Source of the DNA: a virus
Lineage: Duplodnaviria > Caudoviricetes
Strand: one strand, 5' to 3'
DNA length: 36,529 bases
IMG/VR virus record: IMGVR_UViG_3300020045_004911
Coordinates: 1 to 36,529 of that record
Part shown: positions 1-7,568 of the stretch, piece after piece
Numbering within the stretch: position 1 is the first letter of the stretch
Layout of the letters: every line of letters begins with the position of its first letter
The notes under the pieces: generated by a model
What the model saw: the letters and a program-made list of their open reading frames with translations, nothing else
What the model was told of the DNA's origin: nothing
Databases searched by the model: none
Position numbers and translations under genes: made by a program

Positions 1-121
1 GTACTTCAATACTTTTTGGCCGCTGGGTGCTTCTGGTATTAATGGAGCTACTCCAACAGTCCAATTTTCAGCTCAACGAGTAAATCTCCCAGCTAACGAA
101 ACAGCACAGTGTATGGTGGAA
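1..121 (+). repeat. Exact 121-bp copy of 9506-9626; probable chimeric contig end
   Basis: Identical to 9506-9626. The copies diverge after GGTGGAA (CCATC here, GTAGG there). Confidence 0.95.
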
Positions 122-279
122 CCATCAAGGCTAAGACTTCTGCTACTGGTACTGCTATTTCAGGCACCACTCTTACCAACACACAAGGCACCGCAGTTGT
201 TGGTGACTACATCACACTTTTGTGCGATGGTACCAACTGGGTTGCGATTGCTCAATCTGGCATCTTCGCGGCTGCATAG
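121..279 (+). CDS. C-terminal fragment of a virion structural protein (5' truncated)
   Basis: Frame 1 reads TIKAKTSATGTAISGTTLTNTQGTAVVGDYITLLCDGTNWVAIAQSGIFAAA*. The DGTNW ending is typical of phage structural proteins. TAG lies 1 nt before the next ATG. Not in the ORF track. Confidence 0.75.
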   Translation, partial: TIKAKTSATGTAISGTTLTNTQGTAVVGDYITLLCDGTNWVAIAQSGIFAAA

Positions 280-280
280 T

Positions 281-454
281 ATGGGGAAGGTAACTGAGGC
301 TGTAAAAAAGGCAGTAACGAAGAAGCCTAAAGCTGTAAAGGAAGAAGAAATCGTAGAGGTTTCTGTACCAACTAAATGTACAGAATGTAACGGACGCGGC
401 CTCCTTGATGCAGACGACCTATGTGTAGTCTGTGACGGGTCAGGTCAAGTCTAA
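281..454 (+). CDS. 57-aa protein with DnaJ-type Zn-finger repeats
   Basis: MGKVTEAVKK...CTECNGRG...CVVCDGSG has two CxxCxGxG motifs. ATG 281 directly follows the upstream stop. Confidence 0.7.
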   Translation: MGKVTEAVKKAVTKKPKAVKEEEIVEVSVPTKCTECNGRGLLDADDLCVVCDGSGQV

Positions 455-461
455 TAAGACG

Positions 462-507
462 CCTAGTATGTGAGGGCTTATACTTCGGGATAAGCCACAC
501 AGCTAGG
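462..507 (+). promoter_or_regulatory. Intergenic stem-loop with cUUCGg loop (processing or stabiliser site)
   Basis: Pairings CCTAG/CTAGG, TGTG/CACA and GGCTTAT/ATAAGCC, with loop CTTCGG and no U tract. Confidence 0.6.
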
Positions 508-538
508 GAATTAAAAAAAATTAAAGTTAAAAACAAAT

Positions 539-1309
539 ATGTCTAGAATTACACAGAAAGGAGCAACTGGCCCACTATCACTAGTGGCTAACGGTGCTTT
601 CCAAACATCAACTGACGCGTCTCTCATTACTCTTATCGGTACTCGATGGGACTTGTCAGATGGTCGTGAAGTAATGCTCGTTCGAGCCGGTGACGCTGTA
701 GCAGCTGGTAAGCTCTACGGAGACGCAGCTATCGTTGCGAACCACCAAAACCTTGCTGTTACTGCGTACACTGCGTACTCAAACAACGGTAATGTCCCTG
801 CAAAAGTAACAGTAACTCTTGGAGCTACTGCTGCTACTGCTAACCAATACGCTGGAGGATTTGTAGTTGTAAACGACAACAACGGTGAAGGTCAAACTCT
901 CCGTATTGCTTCACACCCTGCAGCTGACTCGTCTGGGTCACTTGCTATTACTCTTGAAGAAGGAGCAACTGTAGCAATTACCACAGCGTCAGAAGTATGT
1001 CTTATTGCCCCACATGGTAAGGATGTAATTATCTCAGCCGCTACTACAAAGACATCAGTATCTACAGGTATTGGTCTTTACACTATTGCAGCAGCTTCAT
1101 ACGGTTTCCTTGTTACTAAGGGTATCGTGTCTGCACTTTGTGACAGTACAAACGCTGCTATCGGTACGGCTATCACAGCCTCAGTAAACACTGCTGGTGC
1201 TATCGGTGCTGTTCCTTACGCAGGAAACATTGTTACGGGTGAAGTCATCGGTAATGCAATCCAGACTGGAGTTTCAACTGAGTACCGAGCGGTATTCGTT
1301 AATCTTTAG
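539..1309 (+). CDS. Putative capsid decoration/cement protein
   Basis: 256 aa, Ala/Thr/Gly-rich. N-terminal LIGTRWDLSDGREVMLVRAG resembles post-capsid accessory proteins. Located in the head module. Confidence 0.5.
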   Translation: MSRITQKGATGPLSLVANGAFQTSTDASLITLIGTRWDLSDGREVMLVRAGDAVAAGKLYGDAAIVANHQNLAVTAYTAYSNNGNVPAKVTVTLGATAATANQYAGGFVVVNDNNGEGQTLRIASHPAADSSGSLAITLEEGATVAITTASEVCLIAPHGKDVIISAATTKTSVSTGIGLYTIAAASYGFLVTKGIVSALCDSTNAAIGTAITASVNTAGAIGAVPYAGNIVTGEVIGNAIQTGVSTEYRAVFVNL

Positions 1310-1314
1310 TTAGT

Positions 1315-1349
1315 CCGTACTACTCCTTGTGGAAGGGGAGTAGTATCGG
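1315..1349 (+). promoter_or_regulatory. Intergenic stem-loop
   Basis: CCG-TACTACTCC pairs with GGAGTAGTA-t-CGG right after the stop codon. Confidence 0.55.
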
Positions 1350-1407
1350 GTTCGCTAGAACTCGGAACTTAGTTAATAAGTAATCAGCCTGTTAAAGGCA
1401 CAACAAT

Positions 1408-1929
1408 ATGCAAGACGATAAATCAATCATGAAGTACGAATCAGTTCTCCCCGAGAACTTCAATGGTACTTTCAAATTCAGTAACTGGTCAGAAGAAGAC
1501 TTTATTGGTAAGTGGAACAGTAAGGAATATCATTTCCCGGCTGGCACTACCGTACCAATGGTTATGCCGGAACATTCACCACTTGAAATCCAGCACATCC
1601 GTAAGAAGTTTGCTAAAGACCTCGCAGAACGTGAATTCTTCAAGACAAGTAAATACGAGACATTCCGTAGTCGTGAAGGCGCAAAAGACGAGATGGGTAT
1701 GATTCAGCCTAGAGGAAACGGTATGTCACACGCTGGTCAATACACTATCGAAGACCTCACTCCGTTCATTAAGAAGGGACTCGAACCGCTACCAGACGCT
1801 ACTCTGACTAGTAAGATGACAGAAAAGACACCACTTGAAGACCTTATTCACCGGGACGATGAGGGAAATCTAACGACTCAAGCTATCGATAAGAAGACGT
1901 CTCTCCGAGACAAAGCCCTAAAGGGATAA
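1408..1929 (+). CDS. Hypothetical phage protein
   Basis: 173-aa ORF in a tightly packed operon. Confidence 0.8.
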   Translation: MQDDKSIMKYESVLPENFNGTFKFSNWSEEDFIGKWNSKEYHFPAGTTVPMVMPEHSPLEIQHIRKKFAKDLAEREFFKTSKYETFRSREGAKDEMGMIQPRGNGMSHAGQYTIEDLTPFIKKGLEPLPDATLTSKMTEKTPLEDLIHRDDEGNLTTQAIDKKTSLRDKALKG

Positions 1930-1930
1930 C

Positions 1931-2635
1931 ATGAAACTACTAGCAAAATCAGATATACATCAAAAAAAGGCTGCTGAACAAAAGCAGACTATTGATGAGG
2001 GTAAGAAACTTGCTAGTACAATCGACCGGTTGCGGGAGGTGGCAGCTCAGGAGGAGACTTCACTAGAAAAGTTTCGCAGTGAAACTTTAGAGCAAATCCA
2101 CAAAGAGACTACCGAAGCTGCTACCAAACGTGACGCTTTACTAGGCGAGGTAAAGGAATTAGAGTCCGCCAAACGTGAAGCCCTACAACCCCTCACACGG
2201 GAGCTAGAACTCATAGACGAAGCAAGGGAAGAGTTAGCCCAGAAAGCGGCTTACAATGCCACACAAGCCCTCACAATCGAAGATAGAGAACAGTCTATAT
2301 CAGCCAAAGAGAAAGAAATAGACCAAACCCTGTTAAGGGTACAAACGAAAGAAGAAGCTGTCACTAGGAAACTAGCTGACATTATTCATACAGAGGAAGA
2401 AACAAACCAACTCAATAGCGAAGCTCGACACCTTATGGAAGAGGCAAATGACATTCGAACGAGACTTAATAATGAACTTGTACACAGGGAGCAGGTGTGT
2501 GCAAATGCAGAAAACAGTATTATAATACGAGAACAACAACTGGAAGCTGACAAATCTGCGATGAGGAAAGAATGGCGTTTACTCGAAGACCGTAAAGCGG
2601 CATTCGAACGAAGCTTTAACAGATTAAAGAAATAA
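1931..2635 (+). CDS. Coiled-coil hypothetical protein
   Basis: 234 aa, E/K/L/A-rich heptad pattern. Confidence 0.8.
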   Translation: MKLLAKSDIHQKKAAEQKQTIDEGKKLASTIDRLREVAAQEETSLEKFRSETLEQIHKETTEAATKRDALLGEVKELESAKREALQPLTRELELIDEAREELAQKAAYNATQALTIEDREQSISAKEKEIDQTLLRVQTKEEAVTRKLADIIHTEEETNQLNSEARHLMEEANDIRTRLNNELVHREQVCANAENSIIIREQQLEADKSAMRKEWRLLEDRKAAFERSFNRLKK

Positions 2636-2637
2636 CC

Positions 2638-2937
2638 ATGTCATACCCTAACGGCCCAGTTACAGCAGCAGTCACCTCCAAACCACTCGCTAAAACATAC
2701 GATGCTACGATTTCATCGACAACTGCTATCACCCTTAACGGAGCTACTACTGGCATTGAAGTAACGGCTATAGATAAGGCTATCTTCCTCAAGTGGGACG
2801 CTACAGCCTCGTCTTCTGCCTTTGACGGCGTTATTCCACCAAACTCCACTAAGATATTCATGGTTCCAACTGGAACAGTGACGGCTAACTTTATTGAAGA
2901 AGCAGCTACTGCAAAACTAATTTGTGTAGAATTTTAG
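2638..2937 (+). CDS. Small beta-rich putative virion protein
   Basis: 99 aa, T/A-rich, 1-2 nt gaps to neighbouring genes. Confidence 0.65.
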   Translation: MSYPNGPVTAAVTSKPLAKTYDATISSTTAITLNGATTGIEVTAIDKAIFLKWDATASSSAFDGVIPPNSTKIFMVPTGTVTANFIEEAATAKLICVEF

Positions 2938-2938
2938 T

Positions 2939-3217
2939 ATGTCTGAAAACGCACTACGAGATCAGAACTTTGTTACCGGGAAACTAGCCGTTCTTAATAC
3001 GGACTCTGTTCAAGGTACGAATCTCGTGCGTATTCAGTGCGACCAGACAAATTTTAATGCCATTCGAGTGAATGAGTCAGCCACTATCAGTTTCACTATG
3101 AGTCCAATTGACCCCCGTGACCAAAACTACGTTGGGTGTGCTACTTTTATGGGGAGTGATGGACACGTTTATCCGTGGGTAGCCACTTCAAGTGGTGAAG
3201 TCTTAATATCAACATAA
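2939..3217 (+). CDS. Small virion protein of two RDxN[FY]V modules (possible fibre adaptor)
   Basis: RDQNFV and RDQNYV...GSDGHVYP match the N-terminus of the next gene. Confidence 0.6.
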   Translation: MSENALRDQNFVTGKLAVLNTDSVQGTNLVRIQCDQTNFNAIRVNESATISFTMSPIDPRDQNYVGCATFMGSDGHVYPWVATSSGEVLIST

Positions 3218-3219
3218 TT

Positions 3220-4959
3220 ATGCAAGCTCCAAGAGATGAAAACTTTGTACCGTCCCTACTCTTCGTTGGAAGTGACGGTGAAACGTATCCAGTAGAAGGT
3301 GACGAAGTTACCGGTCGTATTTACGTAGATGTTCCCGGAGGAGGTTCAGGAACCGTCACCAGCGTCTCCGTAGTGTCCGCTAACGGCCTCGCAGGTACGG
3401 TTGCGACCGCTACTACCACTCCAGCAATTACTCTCTCAACCACTATCACGGGTATCTTAAAAGGGAATGGAACCGCTATCTCGGCAGTCACTATCGGGTC
3501 AGGCCTTTCTTTTGATGGTACTACGCTATCAGCTACTGGAGGAGCCGGTACACCCGGGGGGGCAGATACACAGGTACAATACAATAATGCAGGAGCTTTT
3601 GGAGGTATTACTGGCGCGACCACTAACGGTACCACCCTGACACTAGTGGCTCCTATTCTTGGAACCCCCACTAGTGTTACGCTAACCAATGCTACTGGTC
3701 TTCCAATTTCAACCGGACTTACTGGCGCTGGTACTGGCGTATTAACAGCTCTTGGAGTGAATGTGGGTACGGCCGGAGCTTTTGTTGTAAACGGCGGCAC
3801 CCTCGGCACACCATCTTCTGGTACGGTCACAAACCTAACAGGAACAGCTTCAATCAACATCAATGGTACTGTCGGTGCGACTACTCCAACAACTGCGACA
3901 TTCACGACAGCTACAATTAACACTGGTCTTGTTCCAGATGCAAACGATGGGGCATATCTGGGACAATCAGGGACAGCCTTCTCAGACTTGTTTCTTGCTT
4001 CTGGTGGTGTAATCGACTGGGCAGCTGGTAATATGACTCTTACTCAGAGTGCTGGGATACTCACACTCTCAAATCTAGCAACTGGTGCTACTGGCCCTAT
4101 ACTTGAAATCTATCAAGATTCGAGTTCACCCGCTGCCAGTGACATTAATGGATTGATTTATTTTTACGGGAAAGATTCTGCAGGAAACAAACAGTTGTAT
4201 TCGGCTATTACGTCTGTAATTCTAGACCCAGTATCAACTTCGGAAGATGGGAAGTTGGTGTTCTCGGTAGCTTTTGCTGGCGCAACAGCAGATGAACTTG
4301 AACTTGATTCAACAGCTCTTTACCCAACTACTAATGATGGGCTTGCTTTAGGCAAAGCTACACTTTCATATTCTGATCTCTTTTTAGCAGAAGGAGGAGT
4401 AATCAACTGGGACAATGGTGACGCTACCTTTACTCAGGCTGGAAATGTAGTGACACTCGCTGGCGCTGACCTTACAGTACCAAACATAACCGTTGGAGCT
4501 GCAGGAAATGTAATACTCTCCGAGAACGCTTCTATCGCTCTTGACCCAGCTGGTTCTGCGGACGGAAAATACTCAGGAATCACAGTCACAGCAACAGCTG
4601 GATATACACAAGCTTTTGGTGACTTGGTATATCTTGACCCTACCGACTCGCGGTGGGAAGCGGCTGACGCCAATGCTGCATCGGGAGCAGATGGGGACTC
4701 TCGCGGCCTTCTAGGTATGGTAGTAGTAGCCGGAACAGATGGTAACGCTTGTACCATTCTCCTTAATGGAGTGATTCGTGCAGATGCAAAGTTCCCAACT
4801 TTCACGGTAAATAATCCAATTTACGTCTCAGAAACCGCTGGTTCAGTCACCCAAACCCAACCGACTACTACTGACGTGGTCATTCGAGTAGTGGGGGCAG
4901 CTCTGACCGCAGACGAGATGTACTTTAACCCTGACTTCTTCTATATAACACACACATAA
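3220..4959 (+). CDS. Tail fibre-like protein
   Basis: 579 aa, G/T-rich. Contains GSGTVTSVSV and PGGADTQVQYNNAGAFGG fibre-type motifs, an internal SDLFLAxGGVIxW duplication and a C-terminal GDLVY...IYVSETAG domain. Confidence 0.8.
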   Translation: MQAPRDENFVPSLLFVGSDGETYPVEGDEVTGRIYVDVPGGGSGTVTSVSVVSANGLAGTVATATTTPAITLSTTITGILKGNGTAISAVTIGSGLSFDGTTLSATGGAGTPGGADTQVQYNNAGAFGGITGATTNGTTLTLVAPILGTPTSVTLTNATGLPISTGLTGAGTGVLTALGVNVGTAGAFVVNGGTLGTPSSGTVTNLTGTASININGTVGATTPTTATFTTATINTGLVPDANDGAYLGQSGTAFSDLFLASGGVIDWAAGNMTLTQSAGILTLSNLATGATGPILEIYQDSSSPAASDINGLIYFYGKDSAGNKQLYSAITSVILDPVSTSEDGKLVFSVAFAGATADELELDSTALYPTTNDGLALGKATLSYSDLFLAEGGVINWDNGDATFTQAGNVVTLAGADLTVPNITVGAAGNVILSENASIALDPAGSADGKYSGITVTATAGYTQAFGDLVYLDPTDSRWEAADANAASGADGDSRGLLGMVVVAGTDGNACTILLNGVIRADAKFPTFTVNNPIYVSETAGSVTQTQPTTTDVVIRVVGAALTADEMYFNPDFFYITHT

Positions 4960-4960
4960 T

Positions 4961-5746
4961 ATGTCAATTTTAACCTTAAATGACTACATCGGTTCCACCA
5001 AACAAGTAGTGACTTGGAACAAAACTGCATCGCGCACAGCCGTAGCGGCTACTCCTTTCTCAGTCTTTGACTTAGCGGGGAATCCCGGTGCTGGAACATT
5101 AGCAGTCGGTAACACCACCAACGGAGTAGTTCGTACTGACGCTACTGCCGGTTTTCCTTTACTAAACGCAGTAACCGGTGAAGCAAGCCTCACTAAGGTA
5201 TCAGCTTATTCACCTGTGGCTACTCGTTTATCAATTTATGATCAGGTCTTTAGTGCTGGAGCCTACGCATTTAATGCGGATACCACACTCACTTCACAGC
5301 CTTCGTTTTCAGCTAGAATTCCCGCTACTGACTACAAAGGATTAGAACTCTGGATTGAAGCTGTGACAGCGTTCACAGGAACACCTTCGTTTCAAATTAA
5401 CTACTTAGACCAAGACGGTAACGCGGTAGATACCGGAGTTATTTCAGCTGGCGCTGTTCTTATTCAAGGCAGAATGATGCGAATGCCACTAGCAGCCGGT
5501 GACTCCGGTGTCTCTCAGATTACCCGTGTGAGAGGTTCGGTAGCAACCGTTGGTACCTTTAACGTCCACGTCATGCGAAAGCTATTTGAATGCCGGGTTC
5601 CGGTTGCTAACGGTGGAGATGTGTACAATATCTACAAGACAGGAAAGCCTATTGTTTATGGAGATTCTGCCTTGTTTGTGGTAGTCACACCAGACAGTAC
5701 CGCAACAAGTTTACCAACCGTAGATATGGAGCTTTCACAAGCTTAG
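4961..5746 (+). CDS. Putative virion structural protein
   Basis: 261 aa, beta-rich, in the fibre cluster. Confidence 0.6.
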   Translation: MSILTLNDYIGSTKQVVTWNKTASRTAVAATPFSVFDLAGNPGAGTLAVGNTTNGVVRTDATAGFPLLNAVTGEASLTKVSAYSPVATRLSIYDQVFSAGAYAFNADTTLTSQPSFSARIPATDYKGLELWIEAVTAFTGTPSFQINYLDQDGNAVDTGVISAGAVLIQGRMMRMPLAAGDSGVSQITRVRGSVATVGTFNVHVMRKLFECRVPVANGGDVYNIYKTGKPIVYGDSALFVVVTPDSTATSLPTVDMELSQA

Positions 5747-5749
5747 ACT

Positions 5750-6193
5750 ATGAATGACATCCTTATTACAGATGGAGATATGGATGGAATGACCGTAGGA
5801 AATCCTATGGAAGAAAACGGTCTTAAAACTATGCGTAACCTTACAGAACGTGCCTATCTTGGAGAAGGGTATATTCATCAGTTTATTAACGACACAACGC
5901 AAGAGGTACTCTATCTACCTTGTCCACAAGCGGAATATGAAAGTATGGGAGGAGTCGGTGGTGCCGCCAATAACCCCACTCTGGGCGGCCATACCTGGCA
6001 AGTCTCTATTGGAGGCACTATAAAAGTAGACACACCTAATACCCTATTAGGTGAAGATGAATTTTGTAAAAAGGGAGCAGAAGTAGTGGCAGTTCTCTCT
6101 GGTGTCAAAGATGTGTATACCTACCAAACCTTTCCAGAAACAGATATCGAAACAGACGGAAAATTAGATGAATCAAAAATCAAATATGAATAG
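5750..6193 (+). CDS. Hypothetical protein (acidic)
   Basis: 147-aa ORF; its stop overlaps the next start. Confidence 0.7.
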   Translation: MNDILITDGDMDGMTVGNPMEENGLKTMRNLTERAYLGEGYIHQFINDTTQEVLYLPCPQAEYESMGGVGGAANNPTLGGHTWQVSIGGTIKVDTPNTLLGEDEFCKKGAEVVAVLSGVKDVYTYQTFPETDIETDGKLDESKIKYE

Positions 6194-7298
6194 ACTACGC
6201 TTTATTTTAGGAAAACTCCTCGCAATCGTAACTCGACACGATAGGTATTTCCCTGATATTGAGTGGTCAAAGGGAACTTGTTATACACATGATGTTTTTC
6301 GTGCGTACGAGTACCTATTTGGTCGGAGGTTTGGAATCCGTCCTGAATCAAGTGTCCAGGTAAATCAATTAGAAGATGGAACGGTAGAGTTGTATCGTAA
6401 GTTTTTTACAGTTGAAGCCTTCTTAAGCCATGTTGAATTTGTTGTCCGTCAAAATTTACCAAAGAAACCAAAGATTGAAATCAACCCTGTTTTCAGTAGT
6501 GTCATTTTAGACCTTTTTGGGTTTCAACGAAGGTTTGTTGGTAATAACGGATTGATTGACAACTTAGGATACCGGTTTGCTATTGCGTTTGACGCAGCAC
6601 AGGAAGATAAAGTGGCATCGGGTGCCTCATCGTTGACTTATGCGGCTACTTGTACCGGTTCTGACCGGTGGCTTTACGTAGCAGTAACCACAATTTCTGA
6701 TGCTACGCATAGCGTAACGGGGTTTACTTACAACGCCGTATCGATGACAACTGTAGTTGCTAACCGTTTAGTTTACGCGGGAACAAGTTGGTATCACCAT
6801 TCTTATCACCTTCCAGCCCCAGCCTCAGGTTCAAATAACGTTGTTATTACAAAGAGCAACGCTGATGGGTCTATTCGCTCTGGGTGTGTCTCATATTCAG
6901 GAGTAGACCAAACAACTCCTGTGAGTACTAGTGCCGCCAACAATGGTACTAATACCCCGGCAACTGTATCGTTGACTACGTCTGCCACAGCATGGTGGCT
7001 ATTCTCAGGAGCCAACATTGACGCCGCTTTTGCAGGGAGTACGAATACAGACACGCTTCGGGTTTCTTACGGTGGTCTTTGTGATATTTGTGACTCGGGG
7101 AATGATATTTCTCCTCAAACAGGTAATGCTACAATGACATTTGCGGGTACCCGTGAATGGGGTGGTATCGCTCTAGCCTTTATTCCATCAGGAGCATCCT
7201 CAGCAGTAAAGACTGCGGAAGGACTGGCGATAGCCTCAGTAAAGACTGGATTAGGATTAGCTACCGCTTCAGTTAAAAATTGGCAAGGATTAGCATAA
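6186..7298 (+). CDS. Putative virion/fibre protein with 131-aa N-terminal extension
   Basis: ATG 6186 overlaps the upstream gene end. An AIAFDAA beta-rich domain starts at 6579. C-terminus has three VK[TN]xxGLA repeats. Confidence 0.65.
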   Translation: MNRLRFILGKLLAIVTRHDRYFPDIEWSKGTCYTHDVFRAYEYLFGRRFGIRPESSVQVNQLEDGTVELYRKFFTVEAFLSHVEFVVRQNLPKKPKIEINPVFSSVILDLFGFQRRFVGNNGLIDNLGYRFAIAFDAAQEDKVASGASSLTYAATCTGSDRWLYVAVTTISDATHSVTGFTYNAVSMTTVVANRLVYAGTSWYHHSYHLPAPASGSNNVVITKSNADGSIRSGCVSYSGVDQTTPVSTSAANNGTNTPATVSLTTSATAWWLFSGANIDAAFAGSTNTDTLRVSYGGLCDICDSGNDISPQTGNATMTFAGTREWGGIALAFIPSGASSAVKTAEGLAIASVKTGLGLATASVKNWQGLA

Positions 7299-7300
7299 GT

Positions 7301-7567
7301 ATGACACAAGACAACTTTTCATTAAAAGAATCAATCATCGAACTGCGTGACGAACAGAAGATTAGTAACGTTGCTCATATTAAAATGGCAGTGACTCTTG
7401 AGAATGTTGAAATCTTGTTGAAAAAAATTGGAGTTACTATTGATGATCATGAAACAAGACTGCAAAAACAGGAAGGATTTCAGGGGAAAGTGCTGATGGT
7501 GTGGACATTCATCATCTTTTTATTAACTACTGTTGCCAATAAGGTACTGGCTAATATAAACTTATAA
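7301..7567 (+). CDS. Small coiled-coil protein with one C-terminal TM helix (holin/XhlA-like)
   Basis: ATG 7301 is 2 nt after the upstream stop. DDHETRLQKQE is followed by VLMVWTFIIFLLTTVA. Confidence 0.55.
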   Translation: MTQDNFSLKESIIELRDEQKISNVAHIKMAVTLENVEILLKKIGVTIDDHETRLQKQEGFQGKVLMVWTFIIFLLTTVANKVLANINL

Positions 7568-7568
7568 T

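Noticed and set aside
113-280. N-terminal half of track ORF 113..454
   Set aside because: It starts inside the duplicated segment and overlaps a better frame-1 gene fragment. ATG 281 is the plausible start.
3321-4805. Antisense ORFs 3321-3923 and 4434-4805, and similar ones opposite GroEL, RecA, helicase and portal
   Set aside because: They are fully nested opposite well-supported genes, with no promoter or motif support.
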